Shown: positions 1 to 9,075 of the stretch, piece by piece
How positions within the stretch are numbered: position 1 is the first letter of the stretch
How the letters are laid out: the number at the start of each line of letters is the position of its first letter
Position numbers and translations under genes: made by a program
Notes under the pieces: generated by a model
Databases searched by the model: none
What the model was told of the DNA's origin: nothing
What the model saw: the letters and a program-made list of their open reading frames with translations, nothing else
From: Octopus sinensis
Taxonomy: Eukaryota
Reading direction: 5' to 3'
NCBI RefSeq assembly: GCF_006345805.1
Contig: NW_021824955.1
Span: 1-16,967, forward strand
DNA: 16,967 bases

Positions 1-67
1 AAATTTAATGTCGATTCGTAGTGTACAATATGTATATGTGTCATGTGTGCGTGCATACAGATGCAGA

Positions 68-359
68 AAGTTTGTGAGTGGATTTGGCAGAGGGAAACTG
101 AAAGAAGCCCGTCGTATATATGTATATATGTATATATATGCATGTGTGTGTATATGTTTGTGTGTCTGTGTTTGTCCCCCGCAACATCGCTTGACAACCG
201 ATGCTGGTGTGTTTACGTCCCCGTAACTTGGCGGTTCAGCAAAAGTGACCGATAGAATAATTACTAGGCTTACAAAGAATAAGTCCTGGGGTCGATTTGC
301 TCGAGTAAAGGCAGTGCTCCAGCATGGCCGCAGTCAAATGACTGAAACAGTAAAAGAGT

Positions 360-362
<3 letters not shown>
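68..362 (+). mobile_element. SINE family A, 5'-truncated copy (octopus-type SINE with internal TA/TG microsatellite)
   Basis: Matches other copies in the window (2697-2877 +; 2464-3175 -; 3500-3582 -): GGATTTGG..GGAAACTGAAAGAAGCCCGTCG, GCTTGACAACCGATGCTGGTGTGTTTA, GTGCTCCAGCATGG; ends in an A-rich AGTAAAAGAGTAA tail. tRNA-like head absent in this copy. Confidence 0.85.
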
Positions 363-363
<1 letters not shown>

Positions 364-412
<49 letters not shown>

Positions 413-413
413 A
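364..413. repeat. (TA)n microsatellite
   Basis: Direct reading. Confidence 0.95.
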
Positions 414-414
414 C

Positions 415-1140
415 CCTCATTTTGAAAACTCCGTGCAATTATATCAGGACCCTCTACAGCAGTTTAATCTACATTGGATGCTCTTGTAATTTCTTTTCCA
501 CTTCGTATTGCAGCCGTTGGTTTCTCAAAGTTATTTACAGTAGCCATTGTATCTTGATAGAGTTTTGTAATATATACTGTACTACCTGCAAATGTATTTG
601 GAAAGGCTCTCGTATTCCAATCCAACAAGCATCGCCTGCAATGGCTGCATTTGTCAGATAATTAAGTAAGTTTACTTGTTGATTGCTTCGAATATTCTTC
701 AAGCGAGCACATTGTACTTTGACGTATTGGTCTACACAAAACGTTTGGAATAAACAGTGTCCATAACGCAGTATATTACTCGATTCAGCTTTCTTCATTA
801 TTTAAAAAGAATAAAATTAGAAGCATATTACTTTTCTGTTGCTCCTTTGATGTAGTATACTGAGATGTCATCCATCTGAGACTTCAAGATAAAAAGAATG
901 AATACATCAATGAGAATAGTTAATATTTGAAGACTTTGAGAACTGTTCTGTACTCGGAACTTTCTTGCCAACATTCTGCCAAATTTTTATGAGTTCCTTG
1001 TCATTACTAGGTTCGAACACAACAGCTTCATTGCATGTAGGCAAGTTATACAATCTGGAGTGTTCGACATTTGGCCTTTTGTATACGTAATACAACAGAA
1101 ATATTTTTAGTATTGTGCCAATATTCTTTAGTTCTTCAGA
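415..1140 (-). pseudogene. Helitron Rep/helicase (RepHel) N-terminal/Rep region, frameshifted relic
   Basis: Manual minus-strand translation gives collinear Helitron motifs across frames: HSRLYNLPTCNEAVVF (ORF 907-1095), ILRYGHCLFQTFCVDQYVKVQCARLKNIRSNQ (ORF 535-798), then FPNTFAGSTVYITKLYQDTMATVNNFEKP, CNTKW-EITRA, GPDIIARSF. Compare the typical RYNLPT.NEVA / LFQQY.VD.Y.K.E..RL..IR.NQ / LPSSF.GSPRYM...YQDAMA.V...GKP / TCNPKW.EI / RPD..ARVF. Frameshifts, a stop and a deletion are present. Confidence 0.85.
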
Positions 1141-1191
1141 ATCGTAAATGTTGTCTTGTAGACAGGATGGCGTATCAGTAAGAGCATTATA

Positions 1192-1422
1192 GGTGGTGAG
1201 CTGGCAGAAATGTTAGCATGCCAGGCGAAATGCTTAGCGGTATTTCGTCTGTCTTTACGTTCTGAGTTCAAATTCCGCCGAGGTCGACTTTGCCTTTCAT
1301 CCTTTCGGGGTCGATAAATTAAGCACCAGTTACGCACCGGGGTCGATGTAATCGACTTAATACCTTTGTCTGTCCTTGTTTGTCCTCTCTGTGTTTAGCC
1401 CCTTGTGGGTAATAAAGAAATA
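1192..1422 (+). mobile_element. SINE family B, full length, tRNA-derived head, tail type 1
   Basis: A-box-like TGGCAGAAATGTTAG (1202-1216), B-box GAGTTCAAATTCC (1264-1276); 12-bp TSD AGTAAGAGCATT at 1177-1188 and 1423-1434; multiple homologous copies in the window. Confidence 0.92.
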
Positions 1423-1659
1423 AGTAAGAGCATTTCTTGGTGCTCCAAAAATCTATAAAAACTCTGTGAATTCTGTAAGTGAAGGAGTCTTGGATCTAGG
1501 TTATAAACCGGCCTTTTCTCTATTGGTAAGAACTCTTAAAATAAAGCTGAATAATATCATACATACCACACCATACGGGCATACATACGTTCGTCTGGAT
1601 AGAACTATTTATCGAACAATGTAATCTCTGACATGTTGAAAGTAAAGTAGGGGTACTAA

Positions 1660-1875
1660 GGCGGCGAGCTGGTAGAATCGTTAGCGCGCCGGGCGAAATG
1701 CTTAACAGTATTTCGTCTGCGGTTACGTTCTGAGTTCAAATTCCGCCGAGGTCGACTTTGCCTTTCATCCTTTCGGGGTCGATTAAATAAGTACCAGTTA
1801 CGCATTGGGGTCAATATAATCGACTTAAACCGTTTTTCCCCTCTGTGTTTAGTCCCTTGTGGGTAGTAAAGAAAT
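1660..1875 (+). mobile_element. SINE family B, full length with small 3' internal deletion, tail type 1
   Basis: GGCGGCGAGCTGG head, B box GAGTTCAAATTCC; TSD AGTAAAGTAGGG at 1641-1652 and 1876-1887. Confidence 0.92.
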
Positions 1876-2122
1876 AGTAAAGTAGGGTTGCCACTTTTGG
1901 AAGACATTTGATCATAATTCTGCTCGTTAAGGTTGACCTGGGGCTAAACAGCATCACCAACATTACCATAACCCCATCCTCACCCTTAACAAACGCAACA
2001 CCATGACTAGAAACCGTACACATTCCCAGACACCCCTCCCACACGAAAAAGAAAAAGATATACCCCCTGAAAGAGTAGATCAAAAAACCCGTGACATACC
2101 AGGATAATCAAAAACTGAGTGT

Positions 2123-2381
2123 TCAGCCAACCGTGTCCGACTTTCGGACACCCGCCCCACACAAGTCAGTAGGGGTTTTTACGTACTATGGTAGTTGGAT
2201 ATATATGAAAAGGTGACGTGCGCAACAGAAATACTGGGGCATGTAAGTAATCTGGGTGGATTGTACTGAAGCTAACACTAATAGTCGGGCACAACCGGAT
2301 AGTGAGATTTTGTAGGGGTGGGGACACAACCAGGTGGTTGATGTCAGAACGGTAACTGTCAACCGCTAAGTATTATATAGA
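2123..2381 (-). mobile_element. Candidate small non-autonomous Helitron
   Basis: Minus strand starts TCTATATAAT (2381), has an 8-bp hairpin GTGTCCGA-ctt-TCGGACAC (2133-2151) and ends CTGA (fits CTRR) at 2123. The flanks are not the canonical A|T. Confidence 0.35.
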
Positions 2382-2388
2382 GTGGGGG

Positions 2389-2545
2389 AGGCGAGGCTAT
2401 TTAGGGCGTAGTTGTTTAGTGGTGATTTATATATATATATAATAATGTATGTAAATTGTATATACTTTTATTCTTGTATCTGTTTCCGTCGTTTGACCAT
2501 GCTGGAGCACCGCCCTGAAGGGTCTTTGTTGAAACAAATCGACCA
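2389..2545. repeat. Local direct repeat, copy 1 (copy 2 at 3431-3582)
   Basis: About 155 bp, AGGCGAGGCTATTTAGGG...AAACAAATCGACCA, highly similar to copy 2; spans unique flank plus SINE A 3' end. Confidence 0.9.
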
Positions 2546-2762
2546 CAGGACTTATTTTTTTCAAGATTAGTGCTTCTTCTATCAGTAACTTTTGCCGAAC
2601 CGCAAGGTTAAGGGGCTTAAACACACCAGCACCGGTTGTCAAGCAGTGATAGTGGGGACAAAAACAGACTCAAAGACACACACATAGATATATACAATAG
2701 CCTCGGGCCAACCAAAGTCTTGTGGGTGGATTTGGTAGACGGAAACTGAAAGAAGTCCGTCG

Positions 2763-2807
<45 letters not shown>

Positions 2808-2964
2808 TGTATATGTTTCTGTATCTGTGTTTGTCTCCCCACCATTGCTTGACAACCGATGTTGGTGTGTTTATGTCTACAGGAACAAAGACACACACAT
2901 GTACAGACAGACACACACACACACATGCACACACACGCACACACATAAGTACAAACATACACAC

Positions 2965-3011
<47 letters not shown>

Positions 3012-3175
3012 CATACGTACAGACAGACACATCTGTATATACGACGGGCTTTCGGGTTCTGTCTATCAAATCCATTTACAAGGCTTTGGTCGGCGCGTGG
3101 CTATAGTAGAAGACACTTGCTCAAGGTGCCACGCAGTGGGGCTGATCCTGGAACCATGTAGCTGGGGAGCAAGCT
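2464..3175 (-). mobile_element. SINE family A, near full length, interrupted by an opposite-strand SINE A piece
   Basis: 3' part 2464-2695, expanded (CA)n 2890-3030, 5' part 3036-3175. The reverse complement contains a degenerate tRNA-like B-box region and CACCTTGAGCAAGTG, resembling the CORE-SINE motif CCTTGGGCAAGT. Confidence 0.8.
2697..2877 (+). mobile_element. SINE family A internal fragment, nested in opposite orientation
   Basis: ATAGCCTCGGGCCAACCAAAG...GACAACCGATGTTGGTGTGTTTATGTC; collinear with 68-220 and reverse complementary to 3036-3107 and 2620-2660. Confidence 0.85.
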
Positions 3176-3430
3176 CATGGTGTGATGACTGACATTACCT
3201 GATGTTCTCCTGGCGTTGCTGATGAAAAATAGGGGTACAGAAGGTTTTGTTGAGCCTACTTTTAATTAGTTCTTTTGTAGTTGGGTGTTGGGATGTTTGG
3301 GTTTGATCAAGTTGGGATGTAGGGATGTAGGGGTGTAGAGATGCAAGTGACTGTAGGGATGTAAAGATTTGATGGGTGTGAGAGGTGGTCTAAGGGATTT
3401 AAGTGGTGTGTAAGGGGGATGTCAGGTGTA

Positions 3431-3582
3431 AGGCGAGGCTATTTAGGGTGTAGTTGTTTAGTGGTGATTTATATACATATAATGTATTTAAATTGTATAT
3501 ACTTTTATTCTTGTACCTGTTTCCGTCGTTTGACCATGCTGGAGCACCGCTCTGAAGGGTCTTAGTCGAAACAAATCGACCA
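3431..3582. repeat. Local direct repeat, copy 2; includes SINE A 3' end (3500-3582, - strand)
   Basis: Shares flank and the TTTGAC|CATGCT deletion (relative to copy 68-362) with 2389-2545. Confidence 0.9.
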
Positions 3583-3700
3583 TTGCGTGACACGCTGAAT
3601 CTCTTCGTGAACGACGTAAAGGGAACGTGTGTTTGTAGAGTACTCAGCCACTTAAAACCTTAATATCACGAGCAAGGCCGCGGAATACTCGTCGACACCG
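3583..3700 (+). mobile_element. Possible fragment of a further SINE-like interspersed repeat
   Basis: CACGCTGAATCTC...GAGTACTCAGCCACTT...TAATATCACGAGCA resembles a recalled cephalopod repeat; no second copy in the window. Confidence 0.3.
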
Positions 3701-3978
3701 ATGCAGTGCAGATTTGGTTTTGCTGTTCTTTCATCAGATCTTCATTTGTTTTGTTTTGTTTTAAGAGGTCACCCGGCCTCCTAGATACAGCAGTCTTTCA
3801 ATTTTCACCCTACAGGTTTTAAAAGGTGGGTAAATGCATTGGATAACAGAGATGTTATGAGAGGAAAGCAGACGAGGCGGTCACGGTTGAATTCCCAGTT
3901 AGGCGATGACGATGACGTTATATACCTGTTTTTGGGGGTGAGAGGATAGTACAAAAATTTGTGTATGTATGATTACAG

Positions 3979-4038
3979 ATACACACAGACACACACATAC
4001 ACACCACACACATATATATAATATATATATATGCAAAT

Positions 4039-4072
<34 letters not shown>

Positions 4073-4147
4073 GCGTGTTTGTGTATGTGTATAAACATAT
4101 ACATATATAATGTATATATACATATATATGCATGCACACACACGCAT

Positions 4148-4183
<36 letters not shown>

Positions 4184-4260
4184 GCGTGTTTGTGTGTGTG
4201 TATAAACATATACATATATACATACATATATAATGTATATATACATACATATATATGCAC

Positions 4261-4297
<37 letters not shown>
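3979..4297. repeat. Compound (CA)n/(TA)n microsatellite with an ~110-bp higher-order duplication
   Basis: ATATGCGTGTTTGTGT..GTGTATAAACATATACATATATA..ATGTATATATACATA occurs twice (~4060-4135 and ~4175-4260). Confidence 0.9.
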
Positions 4298-4301
<4 letters not shown>

Positions 4302-4620
4302 ACAAGAACACTATTATCAAATCAAATACAGGCAAACCCACCGCCGACAATGCCAACAACGCCTTACTCTGACACGCTGCCGCCGACAGGATCAAGGGAA
4401 ATGACAACGACGGAGATCATAAGAAAGAGAAGAGAAGAGAAGAGAAAAAAGAAGAAGAGTAATGCACGAGTTAATAGGTAACAACAACATTCAGGTGATT
4501 TGTGATCATTCATGCTTTTCAGAATGAATCATGGGAAATGACGGTCGTGAGAGATTTGGGTTGAAGGCCGTTGCGGTAATGGTGATGGTAATGGTGATGA
4601 GATATACATCCTGGTCTACA

Positions 4621-5440
4621 CAGACAGGCAGGCAGACCGAAAGACAGAAAGACAGACAGACAGACAGACAGAAAGACAGACAGAAAGACAGACAGATACA
4701 TAAACACACACACACACACATAAACACACACACACATAAACACACACACACACACATAAAAACATACACACACCACATAACACACCACATACACATCACC
4801 AACACACACATAAACACACACACACATAACACACCACACATAACACAACACACACACATAAACACACACACCACATAACACACACACACACCACATAAAC
4901 ACACACACACATAATCACACACCACACACATAAACATACACACACCACACATAAACACACACAACACATAAACACACACACACATAAACACACACACACA
5001 CATAACCCACACACATAAACACACAACACACATAAACACACACACTCATAAACACACTAAACACACACACATACACATAAACAACACCACACACAAACAC
5101 ACACACATAAACACACACACCATAAACACATAACCACACACACATAACACCACACATAAACGCACACCATAAACACACCACACACATAAACACACACACC
5201 ACACATAAACACAAAACACACACACCATAAACACACACACACACCCACATACACACACACATACACACATAAACAACACACACACACATACATAAACACA
5301 CACACACTACATAACACCAACACCATAAACACACACACACACACATAAACACACACACAACACACACACACACAACATGTCGGAGCTGATGATTCACTAC
5401 GCCACTATGTACAATTATTCGGGTGAACACACACAAACAG

Positions 5441-5478
<38 letters not shown>

Positions 5479-5494
5479 ACGCATACACACACGC
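4621..5494. repeat. (CAGA)n followed by a long degenerate (CA)n satellite punctuated by CATAAA
   Basis: Direct reading; explains the V/C/M-rich pseudo-ORFs at 4506-5496. Confidence 0.95.
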
Positions 5495-5559
5495 ATATAT
5501 ATGTATTCACAAATATGAATATATGATGTGCATGTATGTGTGAATGAGTGTTATGTAAA

Positions 5560-5840
5560 CACATGTGTGAATGTGTGTGTGTATGCATGTATGTGTGTAT
5601 GTGTGTGTGTGTATGTATGTATGTGTGTATGAATGTATGTATGTATGTATGTATGTATGTAATGTTTGTATCTATGTATGTATGTATGTATGTTGAATGT
5701 ATTAGTATGTATGTATGATGTATGTATGTATGTATGTATGTATGTATTACGTATTATGTATGTATGTATGTGTAGTATGTATGTTTGTATGTATTGTAGT
5801 ATGTATGTATGTATTAGTATGTATGTATGTATGTATGCAT
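5560..5840. repeat. (TG)n/(TATG)n microsatellite
   Basis: Direct reading. Confidence 0.95.
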
Positions 5841-5883
5841 ATGCAAATATATATTCGGACTTATGCATTCAGCTAAGAACTTT

Positions 5884-6304
5884 CGGATCTTTTCGGTTTT
5901 GAACGGCAGTTTTTAACATAATTTCTAGGTAACTAAAAATTTAAACTTCGTATTCTGGTAGAGTGTGTTTTATAAAACAATCTTTTTCTCTTGGCTTTAT
6001 TGAGAAAATCCTATAGTTTGTTATATATTTGTTTGTTGTTTTTTTTTCTTCAATTTCTGCAATTTCAACCAATCACTGATGTCCATTGAGGTAAAAAAAC
6101 ATTCTGTGCCGTATGAATATGTCCCTCATTTAAGAAACAGATTGGGTTTATCTACATTTGTGAAGAAAAAAAAGATACCCATCCCCCCACCCCTAACCCT
6201 AAAAGAGATTGAAATGCAATAGATCGATACTAGGGTCATCATTATGGGTGACAATTTCATATGACACCGCTAGAAAAAACTGCCGTTCAAACCGAAAAAA
6301 TCCG
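5884..6304. mobile_element. MITE / non-autonomous TIR DNA transposon, 421 bp, 6-bp TSD
   Basis: Left TIR CGGATCTTTTCGGTTTTGAACGGCAGTTTTT (5884-5914); right TIR AAAAACTGCCGTTCAAACCGAAAAAATCCG (6275-6304); AACTTT duplicated at 5878-5883 and 6305-6310. Confidence 0.9.
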
Positions 6305-6415
6305 AACTTTCTTCTCCAGTAAAGGAGTTTCCTTAATGACACATAAATACAAATTCTTGAACATTGAGGCGTGCCAAAAGCATTATAAAATAATCAATCA
6401 ATCCATCAACGTTGT

Positions 6416-6447
6416 AGTGTGTATGTCAGTGTGTGTGCGTGTGTGTG

Positions 6448-6506
<59 letters not shown>

Positions 6507-6567
6507 TGGCGTGTGTGTGTGTTCAAATAAATACATATATATTTGTGTAGATTTATATATACATCAT

Positions 6568-6599
<32 letters not shown>

Positions 6600-6642
6600 T
6601 TATATATATATGTATATATATATATATATGTATGTATTATAT
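6416..6642. repeat. (GT)n, (CATA)n, (TA)n microsatellites
   Basis: Direct reading. Confidence 0.95.
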
Positions 6643-6644
6643 AC

Positions 6645-7661
6645 TAACTTTAACTTAAATAACTTAGAAAGGTTTTGGCCAGTATGGCCCAGGCCATGTC
6701 TAACTTAATAGCCACCACCTGGCGAAGTCTTTCAGTTCAGGATTTGGGCACCAAGGCCATTCGAGCAGAGAGTTATTGTTTGCGAGACATTCCGGTTGTG
6801 GGTGGTTTGTCCGGTACTGTTTGAAGGAATTTGTCCAAAGACTTCTTGATTTTGTGTGGTCAGTTTCTTTTTTGACGTGTCCTGTGTGTAATGTTGAGAG
6901 CAGCGGGTCCAATTGAGGTGAAATAGTTGTGCCGTATTGTCGTTATGTGATGCGATTTAGATTTTTGTTGTGACGGATGGCACGTGGTCCAAGCCTTGGA
7001 TGTATTTTGAAGGTGATGCCAACATCATTCGGACAGTGCTGATGAATATTTTCCACATCATACAGATAATGTAGCGTTCACGGCGTCGTTGGAGTGAATA
7101 CAATTTCAGCTTCTCTAGTCTACCCCAGTAGTCAGGTCTGACATGCCATCTATCTTTTTTGTGATGACCTTTGGGGAGCTTCAATTCTCATAATTTTTGT
7201 TTTGTGTAGGGAGACCACAGTAGACAAGCAGTATTCAAGGTGGGGTCGGGCAAAAGTGGAGAAGAGAAGGATAATAGCGTGGGAATCTCTCGACTGGAAG
7301 GTTCTGAAATCCAGGAACACATTCTGCGGGCCATGTCAACTTTGCTGCTTATATGTGTAGCCCAGCTTATGTTGTTGTCCACTGTTACTCCCAAGTCTCT
7401 GATGTTGTTGGATGCCATGAGAATTCTCTCCAGAAGGAAGAGAGTATGGGAGTTTCAGAGCGTCCTCCTTCCAAGTGGATCAGTTCGAATTTGTCTTCAT
7501 TTCAACATGTTATTCTTTTCCGCCCATTGGACAACAGCCAGTAGGTCTGACTGAAGGTTTATATTCGGTCATCCACGCCATTGATGACCTTCTGGAGCTT
7601 GAATCATCATCGAAGGTTCTGATGTTACTGTGTTTTGATGGATCAGTAAATATCTTTATTA
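6645..7661 (-). mobile_element. 5'-truncated LINE (CR1-like, Jockey group), end of RT domain through 3' end; pseudogenised ORF2
   Basis: Minus-strand pieces: NIRTFDDDS (F/YADD motif, mutated), LQSDLLAVVQWAEKNNM, IRDLGVTVDNNISWATHISSKVDMARRMCSWI, FARPHLEYC, WSPY, YWGRLEKLKLYSLQRRRERYIICMMWKI. Many frameshifts; short TAAGT-like repeated tail near 6645-6666. Confidence 0.9.
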
Positions 7662-7664
7662 GAT

Positions 7665-7695
7665 GATATATATATTTATATATATATATAATATA

Positions 7696-7780
<85 letters not shown>

Positions 7781-7907
7781 ATATATATATGTATGTATAT
7801 CTATATATATATATATATGTATATATATATAATATATATATGTATGTATGTAGATATATATAATGTATATATATTTATATATATATATATTATATATATA
7901 TATCTAT
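7665..7907. repeat. (TA)n microsatellite
   Basis: Direct reading. Confidence 0.95.
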
Positions 7908-8137
7908 ATAACATAAGGGACTAAAGCCATCTGAATATGGCTAGGGACAGGGCAGGGTGGTGGGGGTGTTACTGTTGGCATTTAGCCCCAGGCGAACATC
8001 GACGTCACCAGATAGGCTCGACACCGTCACGGTATCTGGTGACGTCGATGTTCGCCTGGGGCTAAATGCAACAGTCACACCCCCACCACCCTGCCCTGTC
8101 CCTAGCCATATTCAGATGGCTTTAGTCCTTATGTTAT
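7908..8137. repeat. Long inverted repeat (fold-back), arms 7908-8014 and 8033-8137, 18-nt spacer
   Basis: Arms are reverse complements except for 1 substitution and 2 single-base indels (manual comparison). Confidence 0.95.
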
Positions 8138-8183
8138 CGAGCAGTTATCTGTCTATATCTCTTTTAGAGAATTATTATTGCTA

Positions 8184-8220
<37 letters not shown>

Positions 8221-8234
8221 ATATATATAATATA

Positions 8235-8282
<48 letters not shown>

Positions 8283-8514
8283 TGCAGACACACACATATA
8301 CACACATGTATATATACATGCGTATATTTATACATGCATATGTACATAACTATGAAGTATGAGACTATGTATGTGCGCATTGTGTGCAGTTATATAAATA
8401 CACACATATATTTGTGTATATCTATGTATAAACCCATATAAATATACGCATATATACGTGTGTATATAGTTATATCCATCATATAGATGTACATATGTGT
8501 GCGTCATAACATAT

Positions 8515-8560
<46 letters not shown>

Positions 8561-8700
8561 ATATGCACATAAACATATCTATGTATACATACATATTCAC
8601 ATACATATGTACATATATGTATACACCCATGCGTACATATATCTATATACGTGCTTGTGTATATGTGTACTAATTTATGTATTATATATGTCTGTATATC
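8184..8700. repeat. (TA)n and degenerate TA/CA low-complexity tract
   Basis: Direct reading. Confidence 0.9.
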
Positions 8701-8843
8701 CGTGTGTTTATCGCCAGGGTAGAATAATGAAAATATGAAACTAACGGGTGCGACATATTTTTAGATAGTATTCGTTACGCTCCACTGACTTTCTTTGACA
8801 ATCAGCCAGATCGAGTGGAAACTAGACTTACGTGTTCATTGTT

Positions 8844-9038
8844 TGTAGTGGTGGTTGGTGTTCGTCATTTGTAGTGGTGGTGGTGGTGGTGGTGGTAGTA
8901 GTAGTAGTAGTTAGTAGTGTATGGGGTGGTTGGTGGTGGTTGTGGGTAGTTGTTGTTGTAGTAGTAGTAGTATGGTGGTGGTGTGGTGGTGGTGTGTAGT
9001 AGTAGTAGGAGTAGTCGTAGTGTTGTAGTAGTAGTATG

Positions 9039-9075
<37 letters not shown>

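Noticed and set aside
8-255. ORFs 8-226 and 43-255
   Set aside because: They lie within SINE A and its microsatellite; no protein motif.
1192-1280. Functional tRNA gene
   Set aside because: A/B boxes are present but there is no normal anticodon arm; it continues into a SINE body with a TSD and multiple diverged copies.
1128-1907. Similar ORFs containing RPRKDERQSRPRRNLNSER (1128-1337, 1656-1907), suggesting a small gene family
   Set aside because: They are antisense translations of two SINE B copies bounded by TSDs.
4299-4620. Possible host exon or signal-peptide ORF (MSFPLILSAAACQSKALLALSAVG...)
   Set aside because: Runs into a microsatellite; no recognisable domain or convincing splice-site pair. 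A small exon cannot be fully excluded without RNA-seq.
3899-5902. Numerous Cys/Val/His/Thr-rich ORFs (metallothionein- or membrane-protein-like)
   Set aside because: Pure translations of (CA)n/(TG)n/(TATG)n repeats.
6191-6202. True telomere or chromosome-fusion site
   Set aside because: Only two CCCTAA units, internal to a MITE.
7240-7666. Plus-strand ORFs 7240-7554, 7353-7544, 7475-7666
   Set aside because: Antisense shadows of the LINE RT fragment.
7957-8184. ORF across the palindrome; also considered as a pre-miRNA
   Set aside because: The ORF is a by-product of the inverted repeat; a near-perfect 105-bp stem is atypical for an animal pre-miRNA.
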